Source: Polymyxa betae A26-41
Lineage: Eukaryota; Protista; Endomyxa: Phytomyxea
Direction: 5' to 3'
Length of the DNA stretch: 64,000 nucleotides
Assembly: GCA_003693705.1 (NCBI GenBank)
Contig: RBZT01000855.1
Location: 124,001-188,000, forward strand
This document shows positions 15,044 through 29,158 of the stretch, piece after piece. Position 1 is the stretch's first letter; every line of letters starts with the position of its first letter. The position numbers and the translations under genes were made by a program. The notes beneath the pieces were generated by a model. That model searched no databases. It was not told the origin of the DNA and saw only the letters and a list, made by a program, of their open reading frames with translations.

Positions 15044-15206
15044 GCCAGACAACCTCCTCAATTCCAAAAATAAAACTTTGCAAGCATCTCTACTTACAGC
15101 ATAACAGTTTGCAAACCGAGATGAAATTCCACTTAAAAAACGGGGAAAATCGCCACCAACATAATCGGAGAATGTTGAAAAGTTTCATAACATTTTGGTG
15201 GGCGTT

Positions 15207-16305
15207 ATGATTGGATTCGGAGCCAGCGGATTCGGTATGGAGGTCGGATGTTGGTTTTCGAATGGCGTCTGATGATGGCTTGCTGCAGGCGGGACGCCCG
15301 TCACCAAAGCCCTCCTAATCCTGACGCTGACCTCGTCGCTGCTGTTCGGCATCTCCAAGAACAAGCTGGTGTCGATGCGCCAGAGCTTCCAGGTCGGTCG
15401 TTCTTCATTGGGATGGGCTCTCTCTCCCTCTCTCTGAATGTCTTCAATAGATCTGGCATCTACTCATCTATCCATTGACGTTTACATCAGCCATCGAGCT
15501 GCTGATTGGCTGCCTGATCTTATACCCATTCCGAACGTTTGAACGTCTTTTCGGATGCAGGAAATTCGCGGTTCGTTCGTTTTGTGGAATGAACAAAGTT
15601 TCTGAACGTATCTGTTGCAGTCTTTGCTGGTCTATCTATTCGCAGGTTCGTTTTTGATCCAGTTAGTTTCATTCTGTCTTGGTCGAGATCGTTATCTGGC
15701 ATCTGGACCTTATGTCATCATCTTCGGCCTGTTTGTCGATTTCTATTTCATCATTCCGGCGGTCTCATCTGTAAAGGTATTCGGCGTGCAATTTAGCGAG
15801 AAGCTCCTCATGTACGCTGCCGGCTCTCAGGTCTTCAATACTTTCCCCTTTTGTTCAACTATTTGATTCTGTTTTTAGCTGGCGCTGCTAAATTTGTCGT
15901 CGTCTTTGCTGCCGAGTCTGTTTGGAATTGTTTTAGGCCTGCTGCATAGAGTAAGCTTTCTGCCCTTCCAGAAACTGCAAATCCCCGAAACGGTTGCTGC
16001 GTTTTGCGACCAAACATTTGGGCCGTTGCTAGCCGCGAACGCAACCGAAAATGGCGCTCATCGGCAGGTGCGGACGATGTCGAACGGCGACGTCCAAGAT
16101 AGTCGAACAATGCTTCCGCCTCCGAATGAGAACGATGTCACGCGCCTTGTTGGAATGGGATTCAGTGAAGATGTCAAAACCGGTTTATTGTGTAAAAAAC
16201 GTGAGAATTTGATATATTCGCTTACAGGCAGTGAGAAGGGCGTTGGCGCAGACGTATAATGATATTCATCGAGCAACCGAAATTTTATTGGAAGGCAGCC
16301 GGTAA
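15207..16305 (+). CDS. UBAC2/Dsc2-like rhomboid pseudoprotease with C-terminal UBA domain
   Basis: GF.GTPVTKALL, LYPFRTFERLFGCRKFA, ASGPY; UBA domain LVGMGFSED-AVRRALAQTYNDIHRATEILL after splicing. Confidence 0.82.
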
Positions 16306-16344
16306 ATCGAACCGAACTGGGCTGTTGACCAAACTTAGCCATAT

Positions 16345-17082
16345 TCACATATTCGCTATAATACAGTCTCTGAGTTCATTTCTCACATACAGGCTGAATG
16401 TCCACAGATCATGTTCGTGAGTCCAAACGCGAGAGAATTCGGAGCCGAGATTCGTGCTGGGAACAGTGGTTGTTCCGACGAACTGATCGCCAGTAGTTCC
16501 ATTATAGATCGAGAGCAATGTTGCATCGATCTGTTTGGAATGATAGAGCGGATTGGTTGTAGACGGTCCAGCTTCAATACTGATTCGTTCATCAATGTTT
16601 TTAAGTGTCGAAACAATTTCTGTAATTGTGGTATCACTCGGAACAGTGATCGTGCTGACCATGCGCTTAAGAGATTCTTCAGGGAGTCGAAGTCGATTTT
16701 TGCTGTTCCCGCAGACGATGATTACTGATCCAGGAGCGCTTAACAACGAAGGATGATTAAGTGGAATATCACCAGATCTGGTGAGGATCATAGTTGTGGG
16801 CTTATAGTCAAATACGTGTGCGAATCGACTGGCTTGAAATCGGGTCGTCATTTTTGGCTCCTGTCTCAAAATCTCAGCCGTCGTGATAATCGTCGACGAG
16901 CATGCTCGGCTGGCTTCCAGCAAATACCGATCGATTGCGGATCTAGGAGAGCCGGGCCGGATACGAATGCATCGGAATCCGTCGCCGGAACCAATCACGG
17001 ACGTCACATGAAGGACGGAGGGCCGGGATCGCAATGCTTTCAAATAGTGCAATAACGTCTGTCGAGCATCCGCTATATGCAT
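16345..17082 (-). CDS. RibD C-terminal / dihydrofolate-reductase-fold protein, intronless
   Basis: DRYLLEASRACSSTIITTAEILRQEP, MILTRSGDIPLNHP and ISIEAGPST match the RibD_C reductase pattern. Confidence 0.7.
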   Translation of the reverse strand: MHIADARQTLLHYLKALRSRPSVLHVTSVIGSGDGFRCIRIRPGSPRSAIDRYLLEASRACSSTIITTAEILRQEPKMTTRFQASRFAHVFDYKPTTMILTRSGDIPLNHPSLLSAPGSVIIVCGNSKNRLRLPEESLKRMVSTITVPSDTTITEIVSTLKNIDERISIEAGPSTTNPLYHSKQIDATLLSIYNGTTGDQFVGTTTVPSTNLGSEFSRVWTHEHDLWTFSLYVRNELRDCIIANM

Positions 17083-17478
17083 CTATGTCGACGCATGCAC
17101 CTAAACTCCGACGAAAACGGTCTCGGCCACTTCGAACCGTTCCTCAACGAGTCATACATACGTAGGTGTGTATTTCAGCAATGGAATTGTCAAGCGTTCG
17201 CAAAGTGTCAACAACCAATTTTTGTGAGTAGTTTCGAAACTTCACGGTTTTTTGCTGCAATGACCATCGTTGCATTGGGACCGACTAGTCAAAACTAGGG
17301 AAACTGAACATGCTCTTGAATATATACGCCTCATCTCTGCTATTTTATTAAAGCAAACGTTGCCAATGCAACTGGAATGAAAATCGCAGTATTCTTAACA
17401 AATGACAATGAAGTTAACGAGGAATTTATTATTTGGTACAGACCATATACACTACACATTATATATAAATAAACAGCA

Positions 17479-20400
17479 TCAGTCCTCAAGATCAGCCTTC
17501 CGTCTCTTTTGATATTCTTCAGTGAGCTCTTTCTGATGCTCTCTGACAACAGGCTGATGGCGACTGTACTCCATGGAGAATTCGCCTTTGCCCGCCGTCG
17601 CAGATCGGAGATCGGTCGAATATCCGAACATGAGATTGAGGGGAACTTCTGCCCTAATCGTGCATGTAGCTCCAATCGTATCACTACTGAGAATCAGGCC
17701 ACGACGACGGCTGAGACCCGACATGGCAGCCCCCTGGAATTCGCTTGGAACATCAACCTACCATAATAATTGAGACCTATAAGAAATCCCAAGCATCACA
17801 ACATACCTGAACAGTCATGATGGGCTCGATGACGATCGGAGCGCCGTTTTTGAATGCCTCTCGGAATGCATACTGTGCACAGATTCGGAACGCCATTTCC
17901 GATGAATCAACAGCATGCGCCGCCTAAAACCAAGTTATCAACATCTACCAAATCATGGTTATATCATTATACTGACTCCATCTTGCAAGCGTACACGAAC
18001 ACCAACGCAACGATGCCCTATCAACACTCCCTGCCCCCTGTCATGCATAGAGATCAGCCTCCGAACATTATCCACAGCTAAATGCGACGTACATGGCGTG
18101 CTGGAATCCCTTCTCGATGGCCGCCACGTATTCCGGAGGTATCGCATTCCCGATTAGTTCGTTCACAAACTCGAACTGTTCACCGCTGTTGTGGTCTAGC
18201 GGCTCCATGACACCAATGACACGGCCGTACTGACCCGCCCCTCCCGTCTGCTTCTTGTGCAAGTAGTCAAAGCGGACCCGTTTGGTGATGGCCTCTCTAC
18301 AGAACAATCAATGACAAGGGCAATTGAGCAATGAAACGAAATGAACTTGTAGTTAACTCGGGGAGGCGATGTGATCGTCTCGACGCCATACTCTCGCAGT
18401 AATCGCTCAACATAGATCTGCAGATGGAGCTCGCCCATACCAGCAATGATCGTCTGCTTATTCTCTTCATCATACGAGACACGGAAGGTCGGATCTTCCT
18501 TCGTGAACCTCGAAATCGCCTAAATTCCAAGAAATCAGTTGCCCGCAAAAGCAAACAAGAGACCTGAAACACCACTCGAACGTAGAAAAAGAAAGGTACA
18601 GTGAGAGACTTTTGAAAAATTGACGTTATCTTTGGCGTTTTTGGTTTTAACGGCGAACGACATGACCGGATCGGGAACGAACATGGATGTCATGGAGTAA
18701 TTGAGAGAGCCATCGGTGAATGTGGTCCCTGAGCTACATTCGACCCCGAACATGGCCACGATCTCACCAGGACCAGCGCTCGTAATATCTTCCTGTAACG
18801 AAATTGTAACGTGGACCATGTAACGAGAAGTCCAGAATCAATTCACCATTTCATTACTGTGCATACGAACAAGACGTGGAACCTTAACCGGTTTCGAGCC
18901 CGGTTGAGAACAATTGTATATATAATCGCCTTTCTTTAAAGTTCCTGCGCAATGAAAAAATATAAACTATTGTCTGCGAGCAGATTTCTAATGGCAACCT
19001 TGATAAATTCGTGTATACGTCAGCTGCCCGAACCGGCTCTCCTCAAGTTTAAACGCTAGATTGAGTTAGATGCCGATCTAAAAGTGCAGTCACCTCTCTG
19101 ATTACCGAGTGCAACTAGAGGCAGGTCAGGGCGTGATACCAGATCGACCGGGTTTTCATCGTTCGCGATGTCCAAAGCCTTATTGCTGACCTCGTCAGGA
19201 CGTGGCAGGAACGAAACGACGCCATCCAGCAGCGGCTGGACGCCCTTATTTTTGTACGCGCTTCCTGTATAAAACAATCGTGAGCACCGACTTGGGAGCA
19301 TAACCAAAATCTTAAACGAACCCATAAAGACTGGAGCGAATTTGTTGGCGATTGTGGCGCGGCGAATGGCCGCCTTGAGTACATCTGAGGGCGGATCCTC
19401 CTCCATCAGGAAATACTCGCCGATAGTATCGTCACATTCGGCAAGACGTTCAATAAGCAAATGTCGATACTTCTTGTAATCGGCCTAGAGCTCTCTCAGA
19501 TCAGAAATGAATATTACGGGACGACCCATTTACCTGGATTTCATCAGGCATCGACACAGATACCACGTTCTCCCCATTCGGCCCATCGAATTCAAAACAT
19601 TCGCCCGTGATTAAGTCGGCGATGCCACGATGATTGCCTTCGAGACCGATGGGGATCTGTACCGCCATAAATCGCTCGGCAGTGTCACATACAATGCCCA
19701 TACCTGGACGGCGGCGGCGTTCAGTTCCAGGATGCGCCGGACGTCTTCAACAACGCGATACGGGTTGGCGCCGACCCGATCGAGTTTGTTCACGAAACAG
19801 ATTCGTGGCACCGAATATCGTTTCATCTGACGATCGACCGTCATCGATTGCGATTGGACGCCGCCGACGCCGCACAGCCTGGATAAAGCGTGTTGGGAGA
19901 TGGGAGGTCAAGCGATACGGGCGGCGACGTACACAAGAATGGCTCCGTCCAGGACACGAAGCGCTCGCTCGACCTCGATTGTGAAGTCGACGTGGCCCGG
20001 CGTATCAATGATATTGATATGGGAGTCTTTCCATTTCGTGAATGTCGCAGCGCTCTGAATCGTGATGCCCTAATTGCAGATTCGATTAGTGTGAACCAAT
20101 GAAATAATTTGGTTTTGAACGTTCTATTTGAAAGCGATTCAATATGAAACCTTTTCTCGCTCAAGCTCCATGGAGTCCATTTTAGCTCCGACCCCATCTC
20201 TTCCACGAACGTCATGAATTTCATGGATCCTCCCTGGGACGTGAGATGAAGCCCTATCCAGTTTCATGCAAATGATGATTACCAGTAAAGTACAGGATGC
20301 GTTCTAATCAAGTCAATTCAGAATCAGCAGAGCGATTTCTGTGAATGAAATTTTACCTGTCAATGTGGTCTTTCCGCTATCAATATGAGCTGAAATCCCG

Positions 20401-20559
20401 ATATTCGTAATAGCCTTTTCGGCAGCTGCGATTCAGCACAAGTCGAGAGATGTTTCGAAACCGACCGACCTGCGACGCCGCCGAAAATAAGCGGACCCTA
20501 GATCGATGGGCCTGGCTTTGGAGCAGACCTGACGTCTGTAGACACCGCGATAGGAACAT
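17479..20559 (-). CDS. GFM1: Mitochondrial elongation factor G1, multi-exon
   Basis: [100 protein letters not shown]; presequence-like N-terminus. Confidence 0.96.
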
Positions 20560-20682
20560 GAATAATTGGGCAAATGATAGAGATGATGATGGGGTCACTC
20601 CTGTCCAAGGCCCAATGACAGTTGGATGGGGGTCACCCCAACGCACCATTGCAAGCCGTACACACATGTAGACACTTCCATA

Positions 20683-20697
20683 AAACCCTAAACCCTA
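20683..20697. promoter_or_regulatory. Tandem telo-box AAACCCTAAACCCTA upstream of GFM1
   Basis: Exact repeat, 124 nt upstream of the GFM1 ATG, in the same orientation relative to its gene as the NOA1 copy. Confidence 0.5.
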
Positions 20698-20877
20698 GAT
20701 CAAAGAAGCACCCAGCTTCAAGATTGGCCGAGGCGATTCCCGAATGGTAAAATGGAAGCGCTGGGACAGTTAATTGGAATTTATTTCAGTCATAAAGTGA
20801 TATCATTTGAAGCATAATAATGACGACGAGTGGGTCGAGAATCAGGTTGATCAAGAATATGACAATCAGGATTTCTA

Positions 20878-21621
20878 TCAGGTCTGGGCGCTCTTCAACT
20901 GTTGCTGTTGCTGCGAGATCGCCAAATGTAGCTGCTGACATCGAAGCGTCCTCTCGCGGAATTTAGCCTCGAGACCTTGTAGGACGCCGGCCGCGTCAAC
21001 CTGAATCTTCTTACGCTTAGCATTCACTGCCGAGCGAATCAGCGATCTATCGAAAGATTACGGAATACAGCAATACCGATATTCTGTTCAGTTAGAGCGC
21101 CGTGCAAATGGCTCTGTAATTCGGCCAACTCATTCGCCATCATGGTTGTATATTGCTCGTATGCTTTGTCAGAATACTTGCCGGTCAGATTGGCATTTAG
21201 TGCCTGAAATTCGAGCATTTCTGCCACAATCGATGATTGATTGACGCTTGCCAGGGCAGCATCGGGGTCGTTATCATCAGGAAATTCAACCCTATAAATA
21301 TGAAAAGACATGTATTAGCGACTGATCAGCACAATACAGTATATTTGGAAATCCTCAAGATAAACATTGAACTCACTTGGATTTAGGACGTGCAGAGTTC
21401 GGCTCGCCTCGTTCGATACGTTCGAACTCGGCCTGGGCCAGCGGCGACAGGTTTAGCGAAACAGCCGGTGCCAGATTCGGGTGAGATTCCAGAAAGGGCC
21501 CGGATCGTGACAGCTCCTCGTTTATCAAAGACTCGGCTTGGGCCTTGGCGGCACCCGACCCATACACCTCTTCGACGTAGGGTAAGCCATCCAGCAACGT
21601 CTCCAAATTTGACATCAACAT
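20878..21621 (-). CDS. BCAS2: Pre-mRNA splicing factor SPF27/BCAS2
   Basis: LDGLPYVEE..AESLINEEL, AEFERIERGEP, VNAKRKKIQ in a coiled-coil C-terminus. Confidence 0.8.
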
Positions 21622-21768
21622 GAGACGCAACAATTACTGCGAGAACACATCCAAGGCGTTGCCGGTAATTGTATGTAGGAGAAAGCAAACATCACATTTG
21701 GGATATTTTCATCGAATATTTCTGTAGATTAATAGATGAGAGGTCTGGTGATATATTGATGCTATTAA

Positions 21769-23565
21769 TTAAATGATGCCTTGACGTTTGAGATCGTCGA
21801 AAGTCTTCTTCTTGAATACATTGCCCTGCTTGTCCTCCATTTCTTCGTCGTTCTCGGGCCTCCATTCGCGCGACTTCTCCAGCAGTTTCACCTAGGAAGG
21901 CGGACTATATGGGCAACCAGACGTCGGTCCAATGAGCAGCAGATACCTTCTTATAGAGAGCCATCGCGTCTTCGATACTGGTGACGTACTTGAAATGATG
22001 GGAGTTGGGTATCTTGAGCGCCTTCATTCCATTGACGTGACGCCATTCAGTGAAGTGTCGTTCGAAGTTACGCGGACCCATATAAGCATAATTGCCACAA
22101 ATCTCGCACCGATATTCAATATTGAGACCGTGCAGTTTATACAACCAATATGGAATAGGTTTGCCATCCCATCCTATGACGTATTAGAAGATTAAACAGC
22201 ATGACGATCAAAATGCCATTTACCGAGAGGAACATTCTTTGGATTGTAGAGGACGCCCTCGTCGTCTGATTCCTCTTCGGATTCTTCCTCTTCTTCAGAG
22301 AAATCGTTGCGTTCGGCCTGAAAACCCAAAATGATGACGAGCCATTTAGCAAAATGATAATTACTTCAATTTCTTGATAGGTTCTGGTCTGTTGAACTTC
22401 AACTCGGGATCGAGTAGCAGCAATGACATCGCTCAGCAGCTCAGCAAATACCTCAACTTGATAGAGCTTAAACTGAAGCCCTGTAAGAGAGCCGCCTTGC
22501 TGAACTTTCTTCAAATGCTTCGCAGATCTCAAATGTGCATCCATCACAGAGAGCTTCGAGAACCGTTTCACGCAATGGCCACAGTATAGACGATCGTTCA
22601 TGGCCACATTCGTATTGAAATCTTTGGCAATTTGAGATTCGATCTGAGTTGATATCACTAAAAAAAGGTGAGACAATTGGAAAAGAATCTCACTTTCTCG
22701 ACTGGATATAACGGATGGATTTTGGAATGGAAATCCTTCAGATAGGACAGTAAGGCGTCGACATATTCCGACGACCCAGCACAAGATGGAATGTTGCGAT
22801 GGAATGTCGCCAAATATTCCGAATAATCAATTCGTTTCTTGCCTTTGAACGCTGGAAGATTGACGAACCTGGAAAAGATCAGTGACGATACAAGCAAATG
22901 CTGCCAGAGAATAAATCCAGCATTGATTGACAGCAGGACCAATAAAACACAGAAACGAACCTTTCATGAAGATGAACCATGTCGACATATTTGCCGAATT
23001 TCTCTTCACCCGTAAATCGAACTGGGAGCTGCTCTTCGATGTGTTCAATGGAATGAGCATTCCCGCTCCCTCCTCTGCCATTTCCTGCCAGACAGGTTTA
23101 ATACGACTTGCATGTCGGGTATAGATCGCCATCATACCATTGGAATAGCCGTTATCGTAATTGGATCGGGCCTGCCGATGCGATTCTCTCAGCGACTTCA
23201 GCTCTTCGTAGAACAGCTGGAACATGTTGCTCGGGTTAATACGATCTAATTCCTCGGCAAACGTCCTAAATGTAATCAGGAAAGATGCAGGAAGAATTGT
23301 CAGGCTCAAACCTGTCTTCGTCCTGATAAATCTTTACAAGCGACAGATTATTTTTATAGATGGATTCCAGATTTGATTTCAATCGGTGCTGTTGCAACAG
23401 ATCTCCCTTATGCTAAAACAAATCCTTTAGCGGCAGTTTCGATCCGATCTACAACGTCCAGACCGTTTTCGGTTTGCACTTGACGAAGTCGTTGACGACA
23501 TCGACTTTCAGGCGTTCATTGTCTTCGTGCAGGGCCCGGGCATGTTCCACTATCGAGGAAACCAT
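21769..23565 (-). CDS. SF3A3: Splicing factor 3A subunit 3 (Prp9)
   Basis: [51 protein letters not shown]; C-terminal DLKRQGII. Confidence 0.95.
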
Positions 23566-23809
23566 TGGTGCCGACAACCGGGCCTATCACAGTCGGGATG
23601 CGATAAGCAAATCTGAGAGACACAAAACCCTCTCCGTAGCGCAGCTTCACCTATTAAACCTGCTCAGAAATATTTTGCGACTATTTCTAGCTATATCTCC
23701 ACACAGCCTCAATTTTCTCCCTCTGAAGTCTGAACCTCACTTGTTACAGCCATTGATTATGAAGTACATTTATTATGATTACAATGAATAATACGATCGA
23801 CGATCGGAT

Positions 23810-26800
23810 CTAGCTAGCGCGGTCTTGCTGTCGTTTCACATAGTCTTTGATTGAGCTCATCGAGTTGATCACATTGGCCGGAATCAGCAACAGCAGCGAT
23901 CTAGTTCGCTGAACGCCGTCGTCCAGTGACAGTATCAGCGGCTGGAATACAAGGAAGTATGATGCCGTACTAGCCAGGACAACGGCCACAAGCAAGATGA
24001 TCTGCTGCGTCCCCAGCGATCCGAAAAAGTTCTCCGAATTGGCGATGTCGGAGTCGACCGATCCCTCCATCTGCAAGAACGTGTAATCGATAGCCATGAC
24101 CGTAGCCAGATTGAAATCCCGATTGCTGAGCGTTTGGTTGACTTGTGTCCAGGTTCGGGGCGTGTAAGGACCCAAAGGAAGAGGACCCGTCATTGTGATA
24201 TTACGATTGGAACGGAATGCCATCGCCGCCATTCGCGCTGCTTGTAAGAATCGGGCGATGGCGAAATTCAACCCATCGTTCATGAACGACGAATCGAATG
24301 CTAGACACTGTGCTTGGGTCGGCGTCGTCGCTTGCCAGTTGGAACAACCGCTGTCGAAAGCCAGCTCATATTCCGAAGCGGAAATGTATTTCCGTTCCAG
24401 CTGTCCGACGAAAACGTTGCCGGCGGCACCAAACATCGTGAACTTGTTGTGTAATTGAAGCAGATTGAGTTCCCTTACAACCTCATCGTAGCTAAAGCCG
24501 AATTGGTTGGGAGGGTCGCCGCCAACTCCGGCTCCATACAGGATCAGTGAATGCAGGACGAGAACCGATTGTGACGTTCGCATCATCGTATAGTCCATAT
24601 CGCCACATTTAGTGTGAATGGTTTCCTTATTGGCAGGATTCTGGACGATCAACGAGATGACAAGAACGATATAGGCGGTGACGATCACCACCAGAATATA
24701 CATTCGAACGAGAAGCAAAACGCGATCCCAGCTGTTTCCATTCCCAATTGAGAGTGTCCTTGTAGGCCCCCTATTATTGTTAATTTGCTTGATGTCGATG
24801 TCGGCCAGATTTCCACCCGCGTTTGAGTTCTCAGTCGACCGATCGGTTCGCTTTTGTTGCCCATTCTGAGTTTGCAACATTGTGTTGTGATCGCCTTGGC
24901 CACCAGGGGCATCGTTGACGCTAAAACTGGTGTTGATCTGTGCATTCAGAAAACTTTCGTATCGATCTTGAAATCGCTTCTCAATTTGTTGAATCTACAA
25001 TATCAACGGTCAACATGGCGCTGACAGACAGTTTACGGGACATTACAATATCGATCGGAATTTCTAGGAAGAATCCCATGATTTCTGACTCGTCTTTTTC
25101 CAGGGTTCTCACCACTAAAAATCATCATCTAAAGAATCCTGTTGGGTTTGTTTCCAGGACTTACAAGGTCGAAGTAGCATCCAGAGCAGGATAACAATAA
25201 CGATAATGGATACCACAGACAGCAATATCCAGATATTGAACGAACTCGTGAGCATAATGATACTCTGATCGACGAAATCGTTCGCCGTGACATTCAATGC
25301 CGACATGTACGAATTGTCAACATCCCTCACGTTCTGCATCATCAAATAGACCAGGTCGCTGCGCTCATCAAACTGACTCAATGGCAAGATAGCGGCCATC
25401 TGCCCCTGGCTGGCTATATATGCTGCGGCATCATGCAGAGACATCGCCTTGAGAAGCTCGTGCTGGCCCTGACGAATACGGATGTCGACGAGCGAGATCG
25501 CACTCTCATCAACAACCTTCGTTACAACCAATGAATGAACGAGATCATCGGTCTGGACCAAGGTGTTGGCTGAATCCAACTGAACCGAAATCAACACGTT
25601 CGATCACCATTGGCAGATTGGATGATACCAGATTTGAACGAATAAAGGGTTCTGTTAAGCGCCCAGGCAGAGTAACTCCATGATTGATGAGAACCATGCA
25701 ATAAGTAAGGAAGGCGAGCTGGGAGAAGGCCGTCCGTCGCATACTGGCGGCTTTCACCAGCGACAGATTCGACATAACTGCGAATACAAATTCAGGAAGT
25801 ATGTTGGTTGGATCGAGATCAATACCGACATCGGAACAGTTGCATATATTGATAGACAGCAATGCCGACGATCAAACCGACGATGATCAGTTGCGCTAAT
25901 CGATAGATTCGCTGGAAGTTAAGTAGTGTTCTACAGACAATGAAATGCCATGAATGCGGATTCATAGAAAACCAGGATGCTGAACTGACCTGTCCATCGT
26001 CCTGCCTTTCCGAGACATTTCTGATAATAACAGACTCACCGAAGAGCTGACATTGGAGCTGGTAGCCCCAAACTCGCTCTGGTCGCCTTTCACTTTGGCT
26101 ACCTCATTGCCTTCGGTGATCGCTTTCTGAACTGATGACGGCTTCACGCCACCGATGTGGCTGTGTCGGCTGTGCTGCGATTTATTACTGCGACTGTGCT
26201 GGCTATGATGAGAGCCAGCAAGTTCGTCGACTGGCGGCATCGTGAACGTCTTCTCAGTGTCAGTATTCGCTGGAACCATTCGTAAGCTTGTTTCCAGCGA
26301 TTCGGATGCCGTTTCGTCGACGGGTTCGGTCTCGTTTTCCGATTCGTATTCTTCCTGGTCCTCTTCTTGCTCATCGTGATCCTCTTCCTCGCCTTCTTCT
26401 TCACTACCTGTTTGATCATCGTCCTTTGAATCCTCGTCGCTTTTATGTTCGGAATGCGAGGCCGTCTTTGGAGTCGATTCATTTTCGGAGTCGACGTCCT
26501 TCGACGGACGGCTGTAACTCGATCTGGTTTTCGCCCTTCTCCGAAACGACGGACTGGATGACACGGATCCAGACACCGAGCCATCTTGCTCTCTAATGGC
26601 GTTGCCAGATGAATCTTGCTCGCTCGGCTTATTTCGAAATCTAATTCGCAAGACTTCGGCGTTCTCGCCATGGTCGATTGGATACACATCGAATCGTGCG
26701 TTGACAACATGGACAACATTATCGACAGTGATTTTAATCTCGATTCCTGGCACATCAAAATTGGCAACCAAATCCGTCTCCAGAAAAGCTTTCTGGTGTT

Positions 26801-29158
26801 CGTCATAGCGTGGAATGAGATCTCGGATTTTAACTTCGTGTGCATCGACCGATTCTTTCGTGATTGAGAAGAATTCCAGGGCAGTAGCTGATACGGTGGT
26901 GACCAATCCATCCCGGCTGTCAATTACTAATTGAGCATCTGAAAGATTCGTTGCACTGATTACAGCCAGAAACGAAAGCGTCGACATGTTCTCAACAAAT
27001 ACTTTCAGAAAGAAAATGGCGTCCAAAATGAGACCGGATCGAAGCAATATTACTAGCAGAATGCGATTCTCGAGATGGCGCGTATCGCCGGTTGTCAAGT
27101 TCCGTCTAACAATCATATCATGCTTGCGAGCGATCGGTTCTGGAACTGCAAACAAACCAATCAACAAATAAAAAAACACTGAAAAATTCGCCTACTGATT
27201 AGCTCAACACGTTTGCCTATGAAGGATGCTCTTGGGATTCCGAATAGATATTCGGCTGCAGAGTTGACGTTAATAATCTTGCCTAAAGTTCTGCTGTCAC
27301 CGCTCATGACAATAACTGCTGATTGATCGGAAAACAATGCTGATCGGAATGACAGGTCGGCAACCGAGGTGCGATTCTGAGCATCTTCGATGGTCCTAGC
27401 GCGGTCCAAAAGACGCTGACCTTGTCCAGGATCATGTGCGATGTCGGTCAGGAACTTGCTGTATTCGGTCAAGGTGCGAACCGATCGACTATAAATTTTC
27501 AGCATCTCTTTGTAAGCCAATCTGGCCGCCCTTTCGTCTTTTCTCATATTGTCTGCTAACGATAGGAGTAGGTCGCCATCCGGAGACGGCTGCCGAAGTT
27601 CGCCCCAAAAGACAGCCAGAGTTCGCGTCAAGGCCTTTTCGTGATTCACTGCGGTTTTGAACGATCGCTCGTACTGGTTGAATTCGACAACTTCACGATT
27701 CGCTTCAGAATCGAGAATTGCTCTTTCATTGTCTCTTTGAGTGCGGTATCTAACAATCTTCAGATACTATCAGAAAAGAGCGAACGGGATAGACGTACAT
27801 TAAATATTCTACATCGATACCGGTTGAGAGGGCATCCGCTTTCCCAAGATGTTCGTACCCAACAAAGTTAATCTTCAGGAACTGAAAATACAGAACTGCG
27901 ATACGAATCTGGAGATATGCAGAGCTCGAGAATTTCGAGATTCCTGTCTCGAAGACTTCCAAAGTCTCTTTGTATCGTTTCGATAAAATCTCGTTCGCAG
28001 TCGCAGTGATTCCATTGCGATCGGCGTCGTCATTCTCGAAAATAGCGAGCGAAGCAGCAATGCGTGCACTATGTGCTTCTTTCTCTGCCTGATGAAGAAT
28101 CAAGCGACTTTTCAGCTCAATCTCGAATGGGTGCCCTAATTTCTCGGAAGGCATCTTTCGAACAAATTCCAGACGCATCATAGTTAGCACGCAAGAGCCG
28201 CCAATAATCAATGGCATTCCTATTCAAGGGTTGGATCAGGGCGGAAGTACACCACATGATTACCTGCAAACAACATATAAACAGGACCAGCTACCGTTGG
28301 GTTATCGATGAAAATGGCCACTGCATAGACCAACCCAGCCCACGTTAGTAGGCTGAATAAACTCGATCGTAGCAACAGCATTCGATTGTTGTAGTCGGGC
28401 AGACTCCAAGCATAGCTGTATGCAAGGAACCCGCCCCCGAACATTATCACAATCATAATGACGATCTGAGAGGATGAGAACGAACAAACCGCAACGCATA
28501 TTGTTTTGAATAGAAAATAGCCAAGCTCAACTTGAGGCGACGCCCTGGAAATATACGATCTGGAGGTGACCGAGGTTGGTGGCAAAGCGATGACCGCAAT
28601 AATTGATATAAATATGAGAACGAGACCGACTAGGATTCCAATAACACCAAGTAAACTTGATGTCATAATCTGAGCGAAAAGAATGTTCAGCGTGGGAATG
28701 TATAAAATGCTTGTCAGCAACTGTAAGCAGATGGCGATAGCTTTCAGCAGATATCCTTTCTCTGCCAGTTCTTTGCTCACGACTAATGCCAGGAACGCGC
28801 CGGCATTAAGAACAGTAGCGATACATGCAATAATAAAGGCGCCTTGCTTTCCAAACAGCCCGACATATGCGCCTGCGTCGACCAGGCCGCACAGCGTTCG
28901 AAAAGTAGCTGTTGCTGATGGTGAAAAAACTAGCACGGATGCGTCATCAGGAAGGATAAAACGAATTAATTGTAAGAATTCGACAATGTAACTGATGGAC
29001 CAGAAGGCATTGAAAGATGTTGAAAGCGCCTGCAGACCGAGATTGTACGAAACATCAAAGAGCCCCAATCGAATGGTTTTGGCAAGCTCCAAAACATTGA
29101 AATCCCGTTCGTCACCAAGTTTTTGTACATCATTAATCTCATCAGTAGGATCAGACAT
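23810..29158 (-). CDS. Large multi-pass membrane PAS-domain protein (TmcB / tiny-macrocysts-like)
   Basis: N-terminal TM bundle (IVEFLQL), helical region, PAS domain (GKIINVNSAAEYLFG..IGKRVELIIPEPIARKHD), acidic linker, further TM pairs, and C-terminal RTRSLLLLIPANVI. Internal exon boundaries only partly traced. Confidence 0.75.

Noticed and set aside
20878-23565. Adjacent spliceosomal genes SPF27 and SF3A3 as a functional cluster
   Set aside because: Two neighbours from a large gene class can occur by chance; no shared regulatory motif was seen.
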